64,000 nucleotides of DNA from Candidatus Pacearchaeota archaeon (GCA_026002795.1 BPGA01000001.1:91470-155469), one strand, 5' to 3'; counted from the stretch's first letter, positions 36,919 through 46,382 are shown. Notes: generated by a model from the letters alone, not told the origin. Program-made: numbers and translations.

Positions 36919-39387
36919 ATGATAAAAACAGATTTTATTGCTTTAGATTATAGTTATTTTGATTTTGAAGGAAGAAATTATGTAAGAATTATTGGGAGAA
37001 ATTCAAAAAATGAGAGAATTTGTATTGTTGATTCTTGTGACGTTTATTTATGGGCTATTTTAAAAAAAAATTTAGGTAAAGAAAGAATAAAAAGACTTAT
37101 AGAAAAAATAGAAAAGATAGAGCTTGATTTGAAAGGAAGAAAAACAAAAGTTGAAAAAGTAGAAATTCATAAAAAAAAGTTTCTAGGAAAAGATGTTGAA
37201 GCATTAAAAGTTTTTGCGACAAATTATAAAGATCTTCATGATTTGGCAGATAGATTGCTTTTTCCTGAAATAGAGAATAGAAGAGGTTATGATCTTGGTT
37301 TTATAACTCATTACATTATCGAGAAAAAATTAGAGCCATTAAATTGGTATTTTGTAGAGGGAGAGGAAATTAAAGAAAATGATTTTGGTGGATTTCTAAA
37401 GAATCTTAAAGTTAATTTTTCAATTAAGGTAAAGAATATAGAAAAAAAAGAAGATTATTATTTAAGCTTTTTTAAACCAAAAATCCTGGCTTTTGATATT
37501 GAGACAGAAGAATTTAGTATAGGAAAAGGTAAGATTTTAATGATTTCTTTGGTTTCAGATAATTTTAAAAAAGTTATAACTTTAAAAAAAATTTCAAAAA
37601 AATTAGACTTTGTAGAATTTGTTAATAATGAAAAAGAATTAATTAGTAAGTTTATTTTTTATGTTAATCAAATTTCTCCTGATTTTCTTGTTGGTTATTT
37701 TAGTGATGGCTTTGATCTTCCTTATATAAAAGCAAGAGCTGAATTAAATGGCGTTCCTTTAACTTTGGGCTTAGATGGAAGCCAACCTGTATTTCATCGT
37801 GGTGCTGTTTTAACAGGAAAAATTTTTGGAATTGTTCACGTTGATCTTTTAAAATTTATTGAAACTGCTTACTCACAATATATGCAATCAGAAACTCTTG
37901 CATTAAATGATGTTGCAAAAGAATTTTTGGGTGAAGAAAAAATTGACTTTTCTTTTAAAAAGCTTTCAAAAATGTCAGAAAGCGATTGGGAAAAATACTT
38001 AAAATATAACCTTCAGGATTCTGAATTAACTTACAAGCTTTTTATTAAGTTTTGGCCAGACATGATGGAATTTTCAAGAGTTATAAAAGAGCCAATTTTT
38101 GAAATTTCTAGGAATGGTATGTCAAAAAATGTCGAATCTTATATTTTACATAATTTAGATAAGTTTAATGAAATACCTGAAAAGAGGCCAACATATGATG
38201 AAATTTCTGTAAGAAGAAATAGAGAAAGGTATGAAGGTGCTTTTGTTTTTCAGCCAAAAGCAGGTCTTTATGAAAATGTTGTTTTTTTTGATTTTACTAG
38301 CTACTGGCCAAGCATAATTTCAACTTTCAATCTTTCAAAATCAACTCTTTTAGAAAAAAAAGAAAAAAATTCTCTAGAAGTTGATATAGGAAAAGGAAAA
38401 AAAGTTTATTTTTCAAAGAATCCTGGTTTTTTTCCAGAAATTTTAAAAGACATAATACAAATAAGAAAAAAATATAAAGCAGATTTAAAAGAAAAAGAAG
38501 ATTCTTTAAAGAGGGCTAGAAGTAATGCATTTAAACTTCTTGCAAATGCTTCTTATGGTTACCAGGGTTTTTTTGGAGCTAGATATTATTGTCCTGAAGC
38601 AGCTGCAGCAACAACAGCAATAAGTAGAAAGTTTATAATTGAAATGATAGAAAAGATAAACGAAGCTGGTTTTGAAGTTATTTATTCTGACACTGATTCT
38701 ATTGCTTTTTTACAAAAAGAAAAATCAAAAGAAGAAGTTTTAAAGATGCTTGAAAAACTTAACAAAGAGCTTCCTGGAATAATGGAGCTTGAATTAGAAG
38801 ATTTTTATAAAAGAGGTTTATGGGTTACAAAAAGAACAGGAGAGTTTGGTGCAAAAAAGAAGTATGCATTAATTAATGAAAAAGGAAAATTAAAGATTAG
38901 AGGTTTTGAAACAGTAAGAAGAGATTGGTGCGCTTTAGCTAGAGAAACACAAAATAATGTAATAAGAATGATTCTTGAAGATGGAAATGAAGAAAGGGCT
39001 TTGAATTATGTAAAGGAAGTAATAAAAAAGTTAAAGGAAAGAAAAGTTTCTAGGCAAGAAATTCTAATAAGATCTCAATTAAAAAAACAAATTTCAGAGT
39101 ATAAAGCAATTTCTCCACATGTTATTGCAGCAAAAAAAATGCATGAACAGAAAATCCCAATTGATGAGGGTTCTTTGATAGAGTATTTTATTGCAGAAAC
39201 AAGAGAAAAGAAAAAACTTGTAAGAGAAAAAGTTAAGTTGCCTCATGAAAAAGGTGAGTATGACATAAAGTATTATTTAGAAAGACAAATTCTGCCGGCA
39301 GTAGAAAATATTTTCCAGATTTTTAATGTTGAAATAAAAGAAATTATCGAAGGAAAAAAGCAAAAAACGCTAAGAGAATTTAGTTAG
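36919..39387 (+). CDS. polB: Family B DNA polymerase.
   Basis: Exo I ILAFDIET. Pol motifs FDFTSYWPSII, KLLANASYGYQGF, YSDTDS. C-terminal PIP-box QKTLREFS. Confidence 0.93.
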   Translation: MIKTDFIALDYSYFDFEGRNYVRIIGRNSKNERICIVDSCDVYLWAILKKNLGKERIKRLIEKIEKIELDLKGRKTKVEKVEIHKKKFLGKDVEALKVFATNYKDLHDLADRLLFPEIENRRGYDLGFITHYIIEKKLEPLNWYFVEGEEIKENDFGGFLKNLKVNFSIKVKNIEKKEDYYLSFFKPKILAFDIETEEFSIGKGKILMISLVSDNFKKVITLKKISKKLDFVEFVNNEKELISKFIFYVNQISPDFLVGYFSDGFDLPYIKARAELNGVPLTLGLDGSQPVFHRGAVLTGKIFGIVHVDLLKFIETAYSQYMQSETLALNDVAKEFLGEEKIDFSFKKLSKMSESDWEKYLKYNLQDSELTYKLFIKFWPDMMEFSRVIKEPIFEISRNGMSKNVESYILHNLDKFNEIPEKRPTYDEISVRRNRERYEGAFVFQPKAGLYENVVFFDFTSYWPSIISTFNLSKSTLLEKKEKNSLEVDIGKGKKVYFSKNPGFFPEILKDIIQIRKKYKADLKEKEDSLKRARSNAFKLLANASYGYQGFFGARYYCPEAAAATTAISRKFIIEMIEKINEAGFEVIYSDTDSIAFLQKEKSKEEVLKMLEKLNKELPGIMELELEDFYKRGLWVTKRTGEFGAKKKYALINEKGKLKIRGFETVRRDWCALARETQNNVIRMILEDGNEERALNYVKEVIKKLKERKVSRQEILIRSQLKKQISEYKAISPHVIAAKKMHEQKIPIDEGSLIEYFIAETREKKKLVREKVKLPHEKGEYDIKYYLERQILPAVENIFQIFNVEIKEIIEGKKQKTLREFS

Positions 39388-39441
39388 TTTAATTTTTAAG
39401 TTAAAATTAACAAATAAATTTTACAAATTATTTAAAAAAAT

Positions 39442-39585
39442 TTAAACAAGGCCTGCTGTATAAACAGAAACTATTGCTATTGCAAGGCCTACAAAAAAAG
39501 ATAGCCATTTCTTGTTGTTTAGTCCATAGAAAGCAAGAATTACGCCTAAAGTTATTCCAGCCAATGTCAACAAAAATGAAGCCAT
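39442..39585 (-). CDS. Possible 47-aa two-TM membrane peptide, not in the ORF track.
   Basis: Hand translation: MASFLLTLAGITLGVILAFYGLNNKKWLSFFVGLAIAIVSVYTAGLV. Confidence 0.3.
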   Translation of the reverse strand: MASFLLTLAGITLGVILAFYGLNNKKWLSFFVGLAIAIVSVYTAGLV

Positions 39586-39666
39586 TAAAAATAAAATTAA
39601 GTCAGGGTTAATAAATTTTTTTATTATTCAAAAACATTAAAAAAGAAAGTTTATTGATTATTTTTT

Positions 39667-40632
39667 ATGGAAAGTAAAAAGAAGTTAGAATTAAAACCTT
39701 TTTTTGTTGAAAGAATGAAAAAAATTCTTGGAAAAGATTTTGATTTTTATTTAAGGTCAATTAATGAGCCAATTAAAAATTATATAAGATGTAATACCTT
39801 AAAAATCACTCCAGAAGAATTAAAGTTAAAGCTTGAAAACAAAGGATGGAAAATTTTTCAACCTTTTAATAATTTTCCAGAAATAATGTTAATTAAAAAT
39901 AAACTTGCTCCGGGAGAACTTGGAAGTTCTTTAGAGCATGTTCTTGGTTATTATTATGTTCAAGATGTTGCAAGTATGATGCCTGTTCTTGCTTTAGATC
40001 CTAAACCGAATGAATTTGTTTTGGATATTGCTTCATCTCCGGGATCAAAAACAACACAAATTGCTGCAAAAATGCAGAATAAAGGAACGATAATCGCAAA
40101 TGATATTAGTCTTGGCAGAATTAAAATTTTAGCTTCAAATTTAGAGAGGTGTGGTGTATCCAACACGATAATTTTAAGAAAAGATGGCGGATTACTTTGT
40201 GATTTTTTTATTGAAAATGGTTCAAAATTTGATAAAATCTTGTTTGATGCTCCTTGTTCTGGCGAAGGTACACTAAAAAGTTCTGATAAAACAGCAAGAA
40301 TATGGAATATTAATACTGTAAAAAAAATGTCTAAAATTCAAAAAAGAATTTTGCGAAAGGCGATAAGAATACTAAAAAAAGATGGAGTTTTAGTTTATAG
40401 CACTTGCACGCATTCTCCTGAAGAAAATGAAGAAGTTATTAATTTTGTTTTAAATGAATTCAAAAATGAAATTGTTTTAGAAGAAATTAAAATTCCTTTA
40501 AGATGTAGGCCTGGAATCTTAAACTGGGAAAATTCTTTTTATTCTGAAGAAATAATAAAAACATGCAGGATTTATCCTCAGGATAATGATTCAGAGGGTT
40601 TTTTTATAGCAAAAATAAAAAAATTAAAATGA
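39667..40632 (+). CDS. NOL1/NOP2/Sun-family RNA cytosine-C5 methyltransferase.
   Basis: VLDIASSPGSKTTQIA (SAM binding), FDAPCSGEG (motif IV), LVYSTCT (motif VI). Confidence 0.85.
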   Translation: MESKKKLELKPFFVERMKKILGKDFDFYLRSINEPIKNYIRCNTLKITPEELKLKLENKGWKIFQPFNNFPEIMLIKNKLAPGELGSSLEHVLGYYYVQDVASMMPVLALDPKPNEFVLDIASSPGSKTTQIAAKMQNKGTIIANDISLGRIKILASNLERCGVSNTIILRKDGGLLCDFFIENGSKFDKILFDAPCSGEGTLKSSDKTARIWNINTVKKMSKIQKRILRKAIRILKKDGVLVYSTCTHSPEENEEVINFVLNEFKNEIVLEEIKIPLRCRPGILNWENSFYSEEIIKTCRIYPQDNDSEGFFIAKIKKLK

Positions 40633-41084
40633 GTTTAAAAATCTTGAATAAAGAAGAAAAAAGAGAAATAGAGAAAAAGCTTAAAGAACAGTTTGGAATA
40701 AAGAAAATTAATGGATTGGTTTTAATGAGAGGTAAAGAGAGACTTTTTTTGTTTTCTGGTAATCTTAATGAAGATAAAATAAAAAAAATAGAAGAGAAAG
40801 TTAATGTAGAAAGAGTTGGAATTTATTTTGCAAAAGTTGTTGAGGATAAGTTAAAACTTAGTTTAGATGGTACTCAGTTATTTAAAAGCCAAATAACAAA
40901 AAACATTCTTGAAGTTAATGAAGAACAAATGAAAGAGTGGATGTCTGGAAGTGATTTATTTATAAAAACAGGAAAAAAAGATTTTTTAGTTATAAAATAT
41001 AAAGAAGATTTTCTTGGTTGTGGTAAAGTTTCTGAAAATAAAATAAGAAATTTTGTTCCTAAAAATAGAAGAATAAAAAAATGA
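40629..41084 (+). CDS. PUA-like RNA-binding domain protein (Nip7 / RsmF C-terminal-like).
   Basis: The C-terminal DFLVIKYKEDFLGCGKVSENKIRNFVPKNRRI fits the ..lv.y.g..lG.Gk.....i+N..Pk..r PUA-type ending. Its start overlaps the methyltransferase stop (ATGA at 40629-40632). Confidence 0.45.
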   Translation: MSLKILNKEEKREIEKKLKEQFGIKKINGLVLMRGKERLFLFSGNLNEDKIKKIEEKVNVERVGIYFAKVVEDKLKLSLDGTQLFKSQITKNILEVNEEQMKEWMSGSDLFIKTGKKDFLVIKYKEDFLGCGKVSENKIRNFVPKNRRIKK

Positions 41085-41204
41085 ATAAAAAAATAAAAAA
41101 TAAGTTTAAAGAAATAAATGTTAAGATGAAATTTAACCCAGGAACACTTTCTTATGAGCCAGAAATTCCAAAATTAAAAAATATTAAGAAAAAATTCAAA
41201 AAAA

Positions 41205-42110
41205 ATGAAAAACAAAGAAAATAAAGAAGATTTTTTTGAAGCAGGAAGAATAGCGAGAAAGGTTAAAGAGTGGGCAAAAACCTTCATTAAAAAAGATATG
41301 TTTTTAATTGAAATAGCAGAAAAAATAGAAGAAAAAATTTTTGAATTGGGAGGCAAACCAGCATTTCCAGTAAATTTAAGTATAGATAAAATTGCAGCGC
41401 ATTACACTCCTTCTTACAATGACAAAACTGTTGCTCGTGGTTTGTTGAAAGTTGATTTTGGAGTCCATGTTAATGGATGCCCTGTTGATAATTCTTTTTC
41501 ATTAGATTTAGAAAATTCAAAAGAGAATAAAAAACTAATAGAAGCTTGCGAAAAAGCATTAGAAGCTTCTATTTCATTCATTAAAGAGAAAATAGAATCA
41601 AAAGAAAAAATAAAAACAAATGAAATTGGGGAAATTATACAAAAGAAAATAGAGTCTTTTGGTTTTTATCCTATAGTTAATCTTTCAGGGCACTCTATAG
41701 AAAAATACAATTTACATTCAGGAATTTCAATTCCTAATTTCAATGAAAAAAAAGAAGTTGAAATTGAAGATGGTATTTATGCTATAGAGCCTTTTGCAAC
41801 AACAGGAACTGGAAAAGTTCATGATGGAAATTTTTCAGGTATTTATAAAGTTATTTCGGAAAAACAGCCTAGAAGCGAAAAGTCGAGGGAGGTTTTTAAG
41901 TTTATTCTTGAAGAGTACAAAACACTGCCATTCTGTTCTAGATGGATTTATAAAAAATTTGGATCTACTGGCTTGCTTTCTTTAAAAGAACTGGAGTCAA
42001 ATGGAAATTTGCATCATTTTAAGCATCTTCTTGAATCAGAAGGAAGCAAAGTTAGTCAAGCAGAACACACTATTTTAATAGAAAAAGATAATTTTTTTGT
42101 GCTCACTTAG
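41205..42110 (+). CDS. map: Methionine aminopeptidase, type 2.
   Basis: AAHYTP, KVDFGVHVNG, SGHSIEKYNLHSG, YAIEPFATTGTG, QAEHTILI. Confidence 0.9.
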   Translation: MKNKENKEDFFEAGRIARKVKEWAKTFIKKDMFLIEIAEKIEEKIFELGGKPAFPVNLSIDKIAAHYTPSYNDKTVARGLLKVDFGVHVNGCPVDNSFSLDLENSKENKKLIEACEKALEASISFIKEKIESKEKIKTNEIGEIIQKKIESFGFYPIVNLSGHSIEKYNLHSGISIPNFNEKKEVEIEDGIYAIEPFATTGTGKVHDGNFSGIYKVISEKQPRSEKSREVFKFILEEYKTLPFCSRWIYKKFGSTGLLSLKELESNGNLHHFKHLLESEGSKVSQAEHTILIEKDNFFVLT

Positions 42111-42125
42111 TTAATTTTTTAATTT

Positions 42126-42512
42126 TTATTGATCATCCAAAAAACTGTCTAAAGTTGATTTGATTTGAGATAAACTAAAAGGTTTCTCTATAAAAAGTAT
42201 ATCATATCTTTCACTTATTTCTCTTCCCCTAGCATAATCACTTGTGCATAAGACAAAATAAAAGGTTTGATGGTATTTTTCAATTATATTTTCTACACAC
42301 ATTCCTGGCATGTGATAGTCTGTGATAACCACATCTTTTTTTTGAGTATATTGTGTGTTGTTTTCTTGATATTGTTGTAGCGCAGAATTAAGCTGATCTC
42401 CATCTTTAAATGTTATTACCTCAATAGAAGGATATTCTCTTCTTAAATAAATCTCTAAACATCTTCTTAAACTTTCTTCATCATCTGCTATAAAAACATT
42501 TGGTTTTTTCAT
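42126..42512 (-). CDS. Stand-alone response-regulator receiver (CheY-like) domain.
   Basis: VFIADDEE (acidic pocket), VVITDYHMPGM (phospho-acceptor Asp), VLCTSD, FIEKPF (conserved Lys). Confidence 0.8.
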   Translation of the reverse strand: MKKPNVFIADDEESLRRCLEIYLRREYPSIEVITFKDGDQLNSALQQYQENNTQYTQKKDVVITDYHMPGMCVENIIEKYHQTFYFVLCTSDYARGREISERYDILFIEKPFSLSQIKSTLDSFLDDQ

Positions 42513-42588
42513 TTTTAGTCTTTTATTTTTTTGTTTTTAAATTTTTCCACTAACTTTTGTGAAAAATCTAACATTATTAAATTGTGGT

Positions 42589-42993
42589 CTAAGAAATAAT
42601 TTGTTTTTTACGTAAAGGAATGCGCATTTCAACTAGAAATCCTTCTCTTGTGCCTGGTCCGAAGTTATACTCTCTTCCGTAAATTTCAAATGATAAATGA
42701 ACCGTTGATGGATTATCTGGAGAACGGACAACAATATTTGCGGGAGATGGATTTACAATATCTTCTGGAAGAGGGGTTCCATAGATTCTATTACTTCTAA
42801 CCGCGTAAACCTTATCAATCAATTCTTTTCTTGATATTGGTAAGTAGCCATGAATTTCTGCTATACTAGATGCTATTTCGTAACAGTTGTTGCTGATTTG
42901 ATTATAAGCTCTTGTGCCAAATACTATAAACCCTTCTATTTCTAATTGTCTTCCTACTTCTTTCACAGTTGGAAATAAATCTTTATATGCCAT
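42589..42993 (-). CDS. Hypothetical 134-aa protein, a candidate circularly permuted PPPDE/DeSI-like cysteine peptidase.
   Basis: GTRAYNQISNNCYEIASSIAEIHGYLP resembles the PPPDE Cys motif (AY.l...NCNhFs......L.g..IP). VHLSFEIYGREYNFGPG..GF resembles the PPPDE His motif (fHsGiEvYGrEfayGg..sGiF). The two motifs are in the opposite order from PPPDE proteins. Confidence 0.35.
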   Translation of the reverse strand: MAYKDLFPTVKEVGRQLEIEGFIVFGTRAYNQISNNCYEIASSIAEIHGYLPISRKELIDKVYAVRSNRIYGTPLPEDIVNPSPANIVVRSPDNPSTVHLSFEIYGREYNFGPGTREGFLVEMRIPLRKKQIIS

Positions 42994-43232
42994 TTTATTA
43001 TCTCTATAATTTTACATTTTAATCTTAATAAATCTTTCTTTTTTTTATGACTTATAAGTAGTAAATATTTTTATAATTAATGGGAAGACAGCTTATTATA
43101 GATTTTTTCATAAGCAAAAAATTAACAAAAAAAGATAGCAAAAAAGAAACAATATTAAATTGCAATTTATTATGATAATTTTTTGTTGCTGAATTTAATG
43201 TGTAGAAAAATTTTTCTGTTCAAGATTTTAGC

Positions 43233-45536
43233 TTATCCAAGATAACTACTTTCAAGAGGAACAGCGCTTCTTGCTGATTTCAAAAAGTTTTCTTCTATTT
43301 TTTTGTAAACTTCAAGAAGAGATTTACTAACGCTTGGTTTAACTCTATTAAGAGCTTCTTCAAAATGTTTTTTTGATACGTATTTAGCTTCTTTATTTTC
43401 ACGAAGGGCAATCATTGCTGCTTCTCTTGCTAAAGCCTCTAAATCAGCACCTGTGTAACCTTCTGTTTTTTTAGCAATTTCCTCAAGATTTACGTCTTTT
43501 GCAAGAGGCATTCCTCGTGTGTGAATTTTTAAGATTGCAAGTCTTCCTGTTTCTTCTGGAGCTCCTACAAGAAGAACTTTATCAAACCTTCCTGGTCTTA
43601 ATAATGCCGGATCTAACATATCCGGTCTGTTTGTTGCACCTATAACAAGAACATTTGTTAAATCTTCAAGACCATCCATCTCTGCAAGCATTTGATTTAA
43701 TACTCTTTCTGTAACTCTTGTTCCTGCTTCAATTCCTCTTTTTCCAGCTAGTGCATCAATTTCATCAAAAAATATAATGCAAGGAGCTACCTGCCTTGCT
43801 CTCTCAAAAACTTTTCTCATTCCTTCTTCTGATTTACCAACCCACATACTTAAAAGAGATGGTCCTTTAACATAAATGAAATTTGCTTCTGCTTCTTTTG
43901 CAACTGCCTTAGCTAGTAAAGTTTTTCCTGTTCCTGGAGGACCGTAAAGAAGAATTCCTTTTGGAGGCTTAATTCCCATTCTCTTGTATGTTTCAGGATA
44001 TTTTAAAGGCCATTCAACAGCTTCTATAAGCTCTTGTTTGACTTTTTCAAGACCGCCAACATCTTCCCAAGAGACATTTGGTTTTTCAACAAGAACTTCA
44101 CGCATTGCGCTTGGTCTTACTACTTTCAAAGCCTCTAAAAAATCTTCATGTTTAACTACAATTTTGTCTAAAAAATCTTGAGAAATTGGCTCTTCTTGAT
44201 CAAGTTTAATTTTTGGAAGAAGTTTTCTTAATACTACCATAGCTGCTTCTTTACACAATGCTTGCAAATCTGCACCAACAAATCCGTGAGTTAGTGAAGC
44301 AATTTCCTCAAGATTTACGTCTTTTGCAAGAGGCATTCCTCGTGTGTGAATTTTTAAGATTGCAAGTCTTCCTTCTTTTCCAGGAACATTTATCTCAATT
44401 TCTCTATCAAATCTTCCTGGTCTTCTTAATGCAGGATCAATTGAGTTTGGCCTGTTTGTTGCACCTATAACAATAACCTTCCCTCTTGATTTTAATCCAT
44501 CCATCATCGTAAGTAATTGAGAAACAACTCTTCTTTCTACTTCTCCTGTAACTTCTTCTCTTTTTGGTGCAATTGCATCTATCTCATCTATAAAAATAAT
44601 TGCAGGAGCTGTTTTTTCTGCTTCTTCAAAAATGTCTCTTATCTTTTTTTCAGATTCTCCATAAAATTTACTCATAATTTCTGGGCCGTTTAAGAGAATA
44701 AAATTAGCTTCAGATTCATTTGCAACTGCCTTAGCAAGAAGGGTTTTTCCTGTTCCTGGTGGTCCGTGAAGTAAAACTCCTTTTGGTGGCTCTATAGAAA
44801 GCCTCTGGAATATCTCTGGATGCTTTAAAGGAATTTCAACCATCTCTCTAATTTTTTTTATTTCTTCAGTCAGCCCACCAATATCTTCATATGTTATTTC
44901 TGGAATATTTTCTTCTCTAACTTCAATTGCTTTTGGGCTTAAAACAACCTCTGTATTTTCAGTGATGATTACTGGTTGATTTGGGGTTGTGCTAACAACT
45001 AAAAACCTAATTTGGGAAAATCCACCAAGCTGACCAAAACCCATGCTACCTAGCATATCTCCTAATAAATCACTAAATTCAGAACCAAATTCCTCTGAAA
45101 GAAGATCTCTTCTTCTTTGAACACCACCAAGAACAACGACATCTCCTTTAACAACCGCTCTTCCAAGCAAACCTCTTCTTAAAATTTCTGGATCAGCCTG
45201 AACCATTATATTTTTTATTGCTGGAGCAATCATTATTTTTTTGGCTTCTCTTACATCTGCTTTTGAAACTCTTACAATTTCGCCAATTCCTGTTCCAGCA
45301 TTTTTTCTTAAAATACCATCTATCCTTATTATTCCCTCTCCGACATCTGCAGGATAAGCTCTGTCAGCTATTGCAACAGTTTCTCTGTTTCCTTTGATTA
45401 ATATTACATCCCCTCTTTTTATACCAAGCTCTCTCATTACATCAGCATCAATTCTAGCAATTCCTTTATATGCGTCATCTTGCATTGATTCAACAACCTT
45501 TAATCTAACTTCTTTTTTTTCTGCCATTTTATTCAT
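43233..45536 (-). CDS. cdc48: Cdc48/VCP/VAT-type double AAA+ ATPase.
   Basis: N-domain ([25 protein letters not shown]), then two AAA modules each with [15 protein letters not shown], a Walker B motif ([10 protein letters not shown] / [10 protein letters not shown]) and the second region of homology (SRH). Confidence 0.95.
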   Translation of the reverse strand: MNKMAEKKEVRLKVVESMQDDAYKGIARIDADVMRELGIKRGDVILIKGNRETVAIADRAYPADVGEGIIRIDGILRKNAGTGIGEIVRVSKADVREAKKIMIAPAIKNIMVQADPEILRRGLLGRAVVKGDVVVLGGVQRRRDLLSEEFGSEFSDLLGDMLGSMGFGQLGGFSQIRFLVVSTTPNQPVIITENTEVVLSPKAIEVREENIPEITYEDIGGLTEEIKKIREMVEIPLKHPEIFQRLSIEPPKGVLLHGPPGTGKTLLAKAVANESEANFILLNGPEIMSKFYGESEKKIRDIFEEAEKTAPAIIFIDEIDAIAPKREEVTGEVERRVVSQLLTMMDGLKSRGKVIVIGATNRPNSIDPALRRPGRFDREIEINVPGKEGRLAILKIHTRGMPLAKDVNLEEIASLTHGFVGADLQALCKEAAMVVLRKLLPKIKLDQEEPISQDFLDKIVVKHEDFLEALKVVRPSAMREVLVEKPNVSWEDVGGLEKVKQELIEAVEWPLKYPETYKRMGIKPPKGILLYGPPGTGKTLLAKAVAKEAEANFIYVKGPSLLSMWVGKSEEGMRKVFERARQVAPCIIFFDEIDALAGKRGIEAGTRVTERVLNQMLAEMDGLEDLTNVLVIGATNRPDMLDPALLRPGRFDKVLLVGAPEETGRLAILKIHTRGMPLAKDVNLEEIAKKTEGYTGADLEALAREAAMIALRENKEAKYVSKKHFEEALNRVKPSVSKSLLEVYKKIEENFLKSARSAVPLESSYLG

Positions 45537-46008
45537 CTCCTAATTTGTATACTTTTTTGTTGTTTTTTGGATTTGCTGAATCTGAAAATTCTTTTATATG
45601 GATTATTGGTTTATTGTTTCTAACAAGTTTGTACTCTCTAGCTTTTATTACTCTAGTGTTTTTGTCTGGTTTAATATCAAAATTCAAACTTAACCTTCCA
45701 AAATCTTCAAAACAGAGCTTTACCATGTTATTCATAACTCTTTCTTGCTCTTTTATAAATGATACTATTTCCTTTGGAATAGATACAGCATAAGAATTGC
45801 CTACCATTCTCATCTTAACTTTAAATTCTTTATTTTTAAGAGAAATAAACTTTTTATATTCTTGCTCGTCATTAGGATGTATAATTCTTTCTTTACATTT
45901 AGGACAAAAAACACTTCTTAATATAAACCCATTTTTTTCAATATTCTGCTTTTTCATTTCTGAATTACATTTTTTGCAAATTATTCTGTTGTCAAATATG
46001 TCTACCAT
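45529..46008 (-). CDS. Zn-ribbon plus AbrB/SpoVT-like swapped-hairpin domain protein.
   Basis: CKKCNSEM..CPKCKERI (four-Cys ribbon) followed by KVKMRMVGNSYAVSIPKEIVSFIKE (AbrB/MazE-type motif). Its stop overlaps the cdc48 start by 8 nt. Confidence 0.6.
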   Translation of the reverse strand: MVDIFDNRIICKKCNSEMKKQNIEKNGFILRSVFCPKCKERIIHPNDEQEYKKFISLKNKEFKVKMRMVGNSYAVSIPKEIVSFIKEQERVMNNMVKLCFEDFGRLSLNFDIKPDKNTRVIKAREYKLVRNNKPIIHIKEFSDSANPKNNKKVYKLGDE

Positions 46009-46055
46009 TTTAATGTAACTATTTTAAGTTTATCTTTTTTAGTAACAATTAATAA

Positions 46056-46075
46056 TATATACATATATGTATATA
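46056..46075. promoter_or_regulatory. Perfect 20-bp palindrome TATATACATATATGTATATA upstream of the Zn-ribbon/AbrB-cdc48 unit.
   Basis: Direct reading. It is centred about 57 nt upstream of the ATG at 46008. It could be an operator, or just a TATA-rich promoter. Confidence 0.4.
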
Positions 46076-46109
46076 CAAAATTTAAAAATCTTTCGGTTTT
46101 GTTTTGAAT

Positions 46110-46382
46110 TTAAAGAGAGTATTTAAAAATGAGCTCTCTTAAAAATGCACGAAAGCCTCTTTTTTTGAAAATATCAAATAAAGTTGGTTCATAAACTGTA
46201 ACTATTTTTGGCTTTTCATTTCTAATTCCAATAATATATTCATAACACTCTTTATGAAAATGTCCTAAACCAGAAATGTAGTATTTATATCCTAAATTTT
46301 TAATATAAGTAAAAGACCCGCATAAAGCGCAAGTTTCTAATTTGCTTTCTTTTTCTTTTGTTGGTTTTACCAATTTTAACAT
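46110..46382 (-). CDS. Hypothetical small protein with possible Cys/His metal ligands.
   Basis: 90 aa, with CALCGS..HFHKEC. Confidence 0.4.
   Translation of the reverse strand: MLKLVKPTKEKESKLETCALCGSFTYIKNLGYKYYISGLGHFHKECYEYIIGIRNEKPKIVTVYEPTLFDIFKKRGFRAFLRELIFKYSL

Noticed and set aside
41081-41224. A 47-aa K-rich ORF (MNKKIKNKFKEINVKMKFNPGTLSYEPEIPKLKNIKKKF..) that overlaps the upstream stop as ATGA and runs into the map start.
   Set aside because: It is low-complexity lysine-rich sequence in a poly-A-rich spacer, in a different frame from map. I recognised no motif. It could be real but is unsupported.
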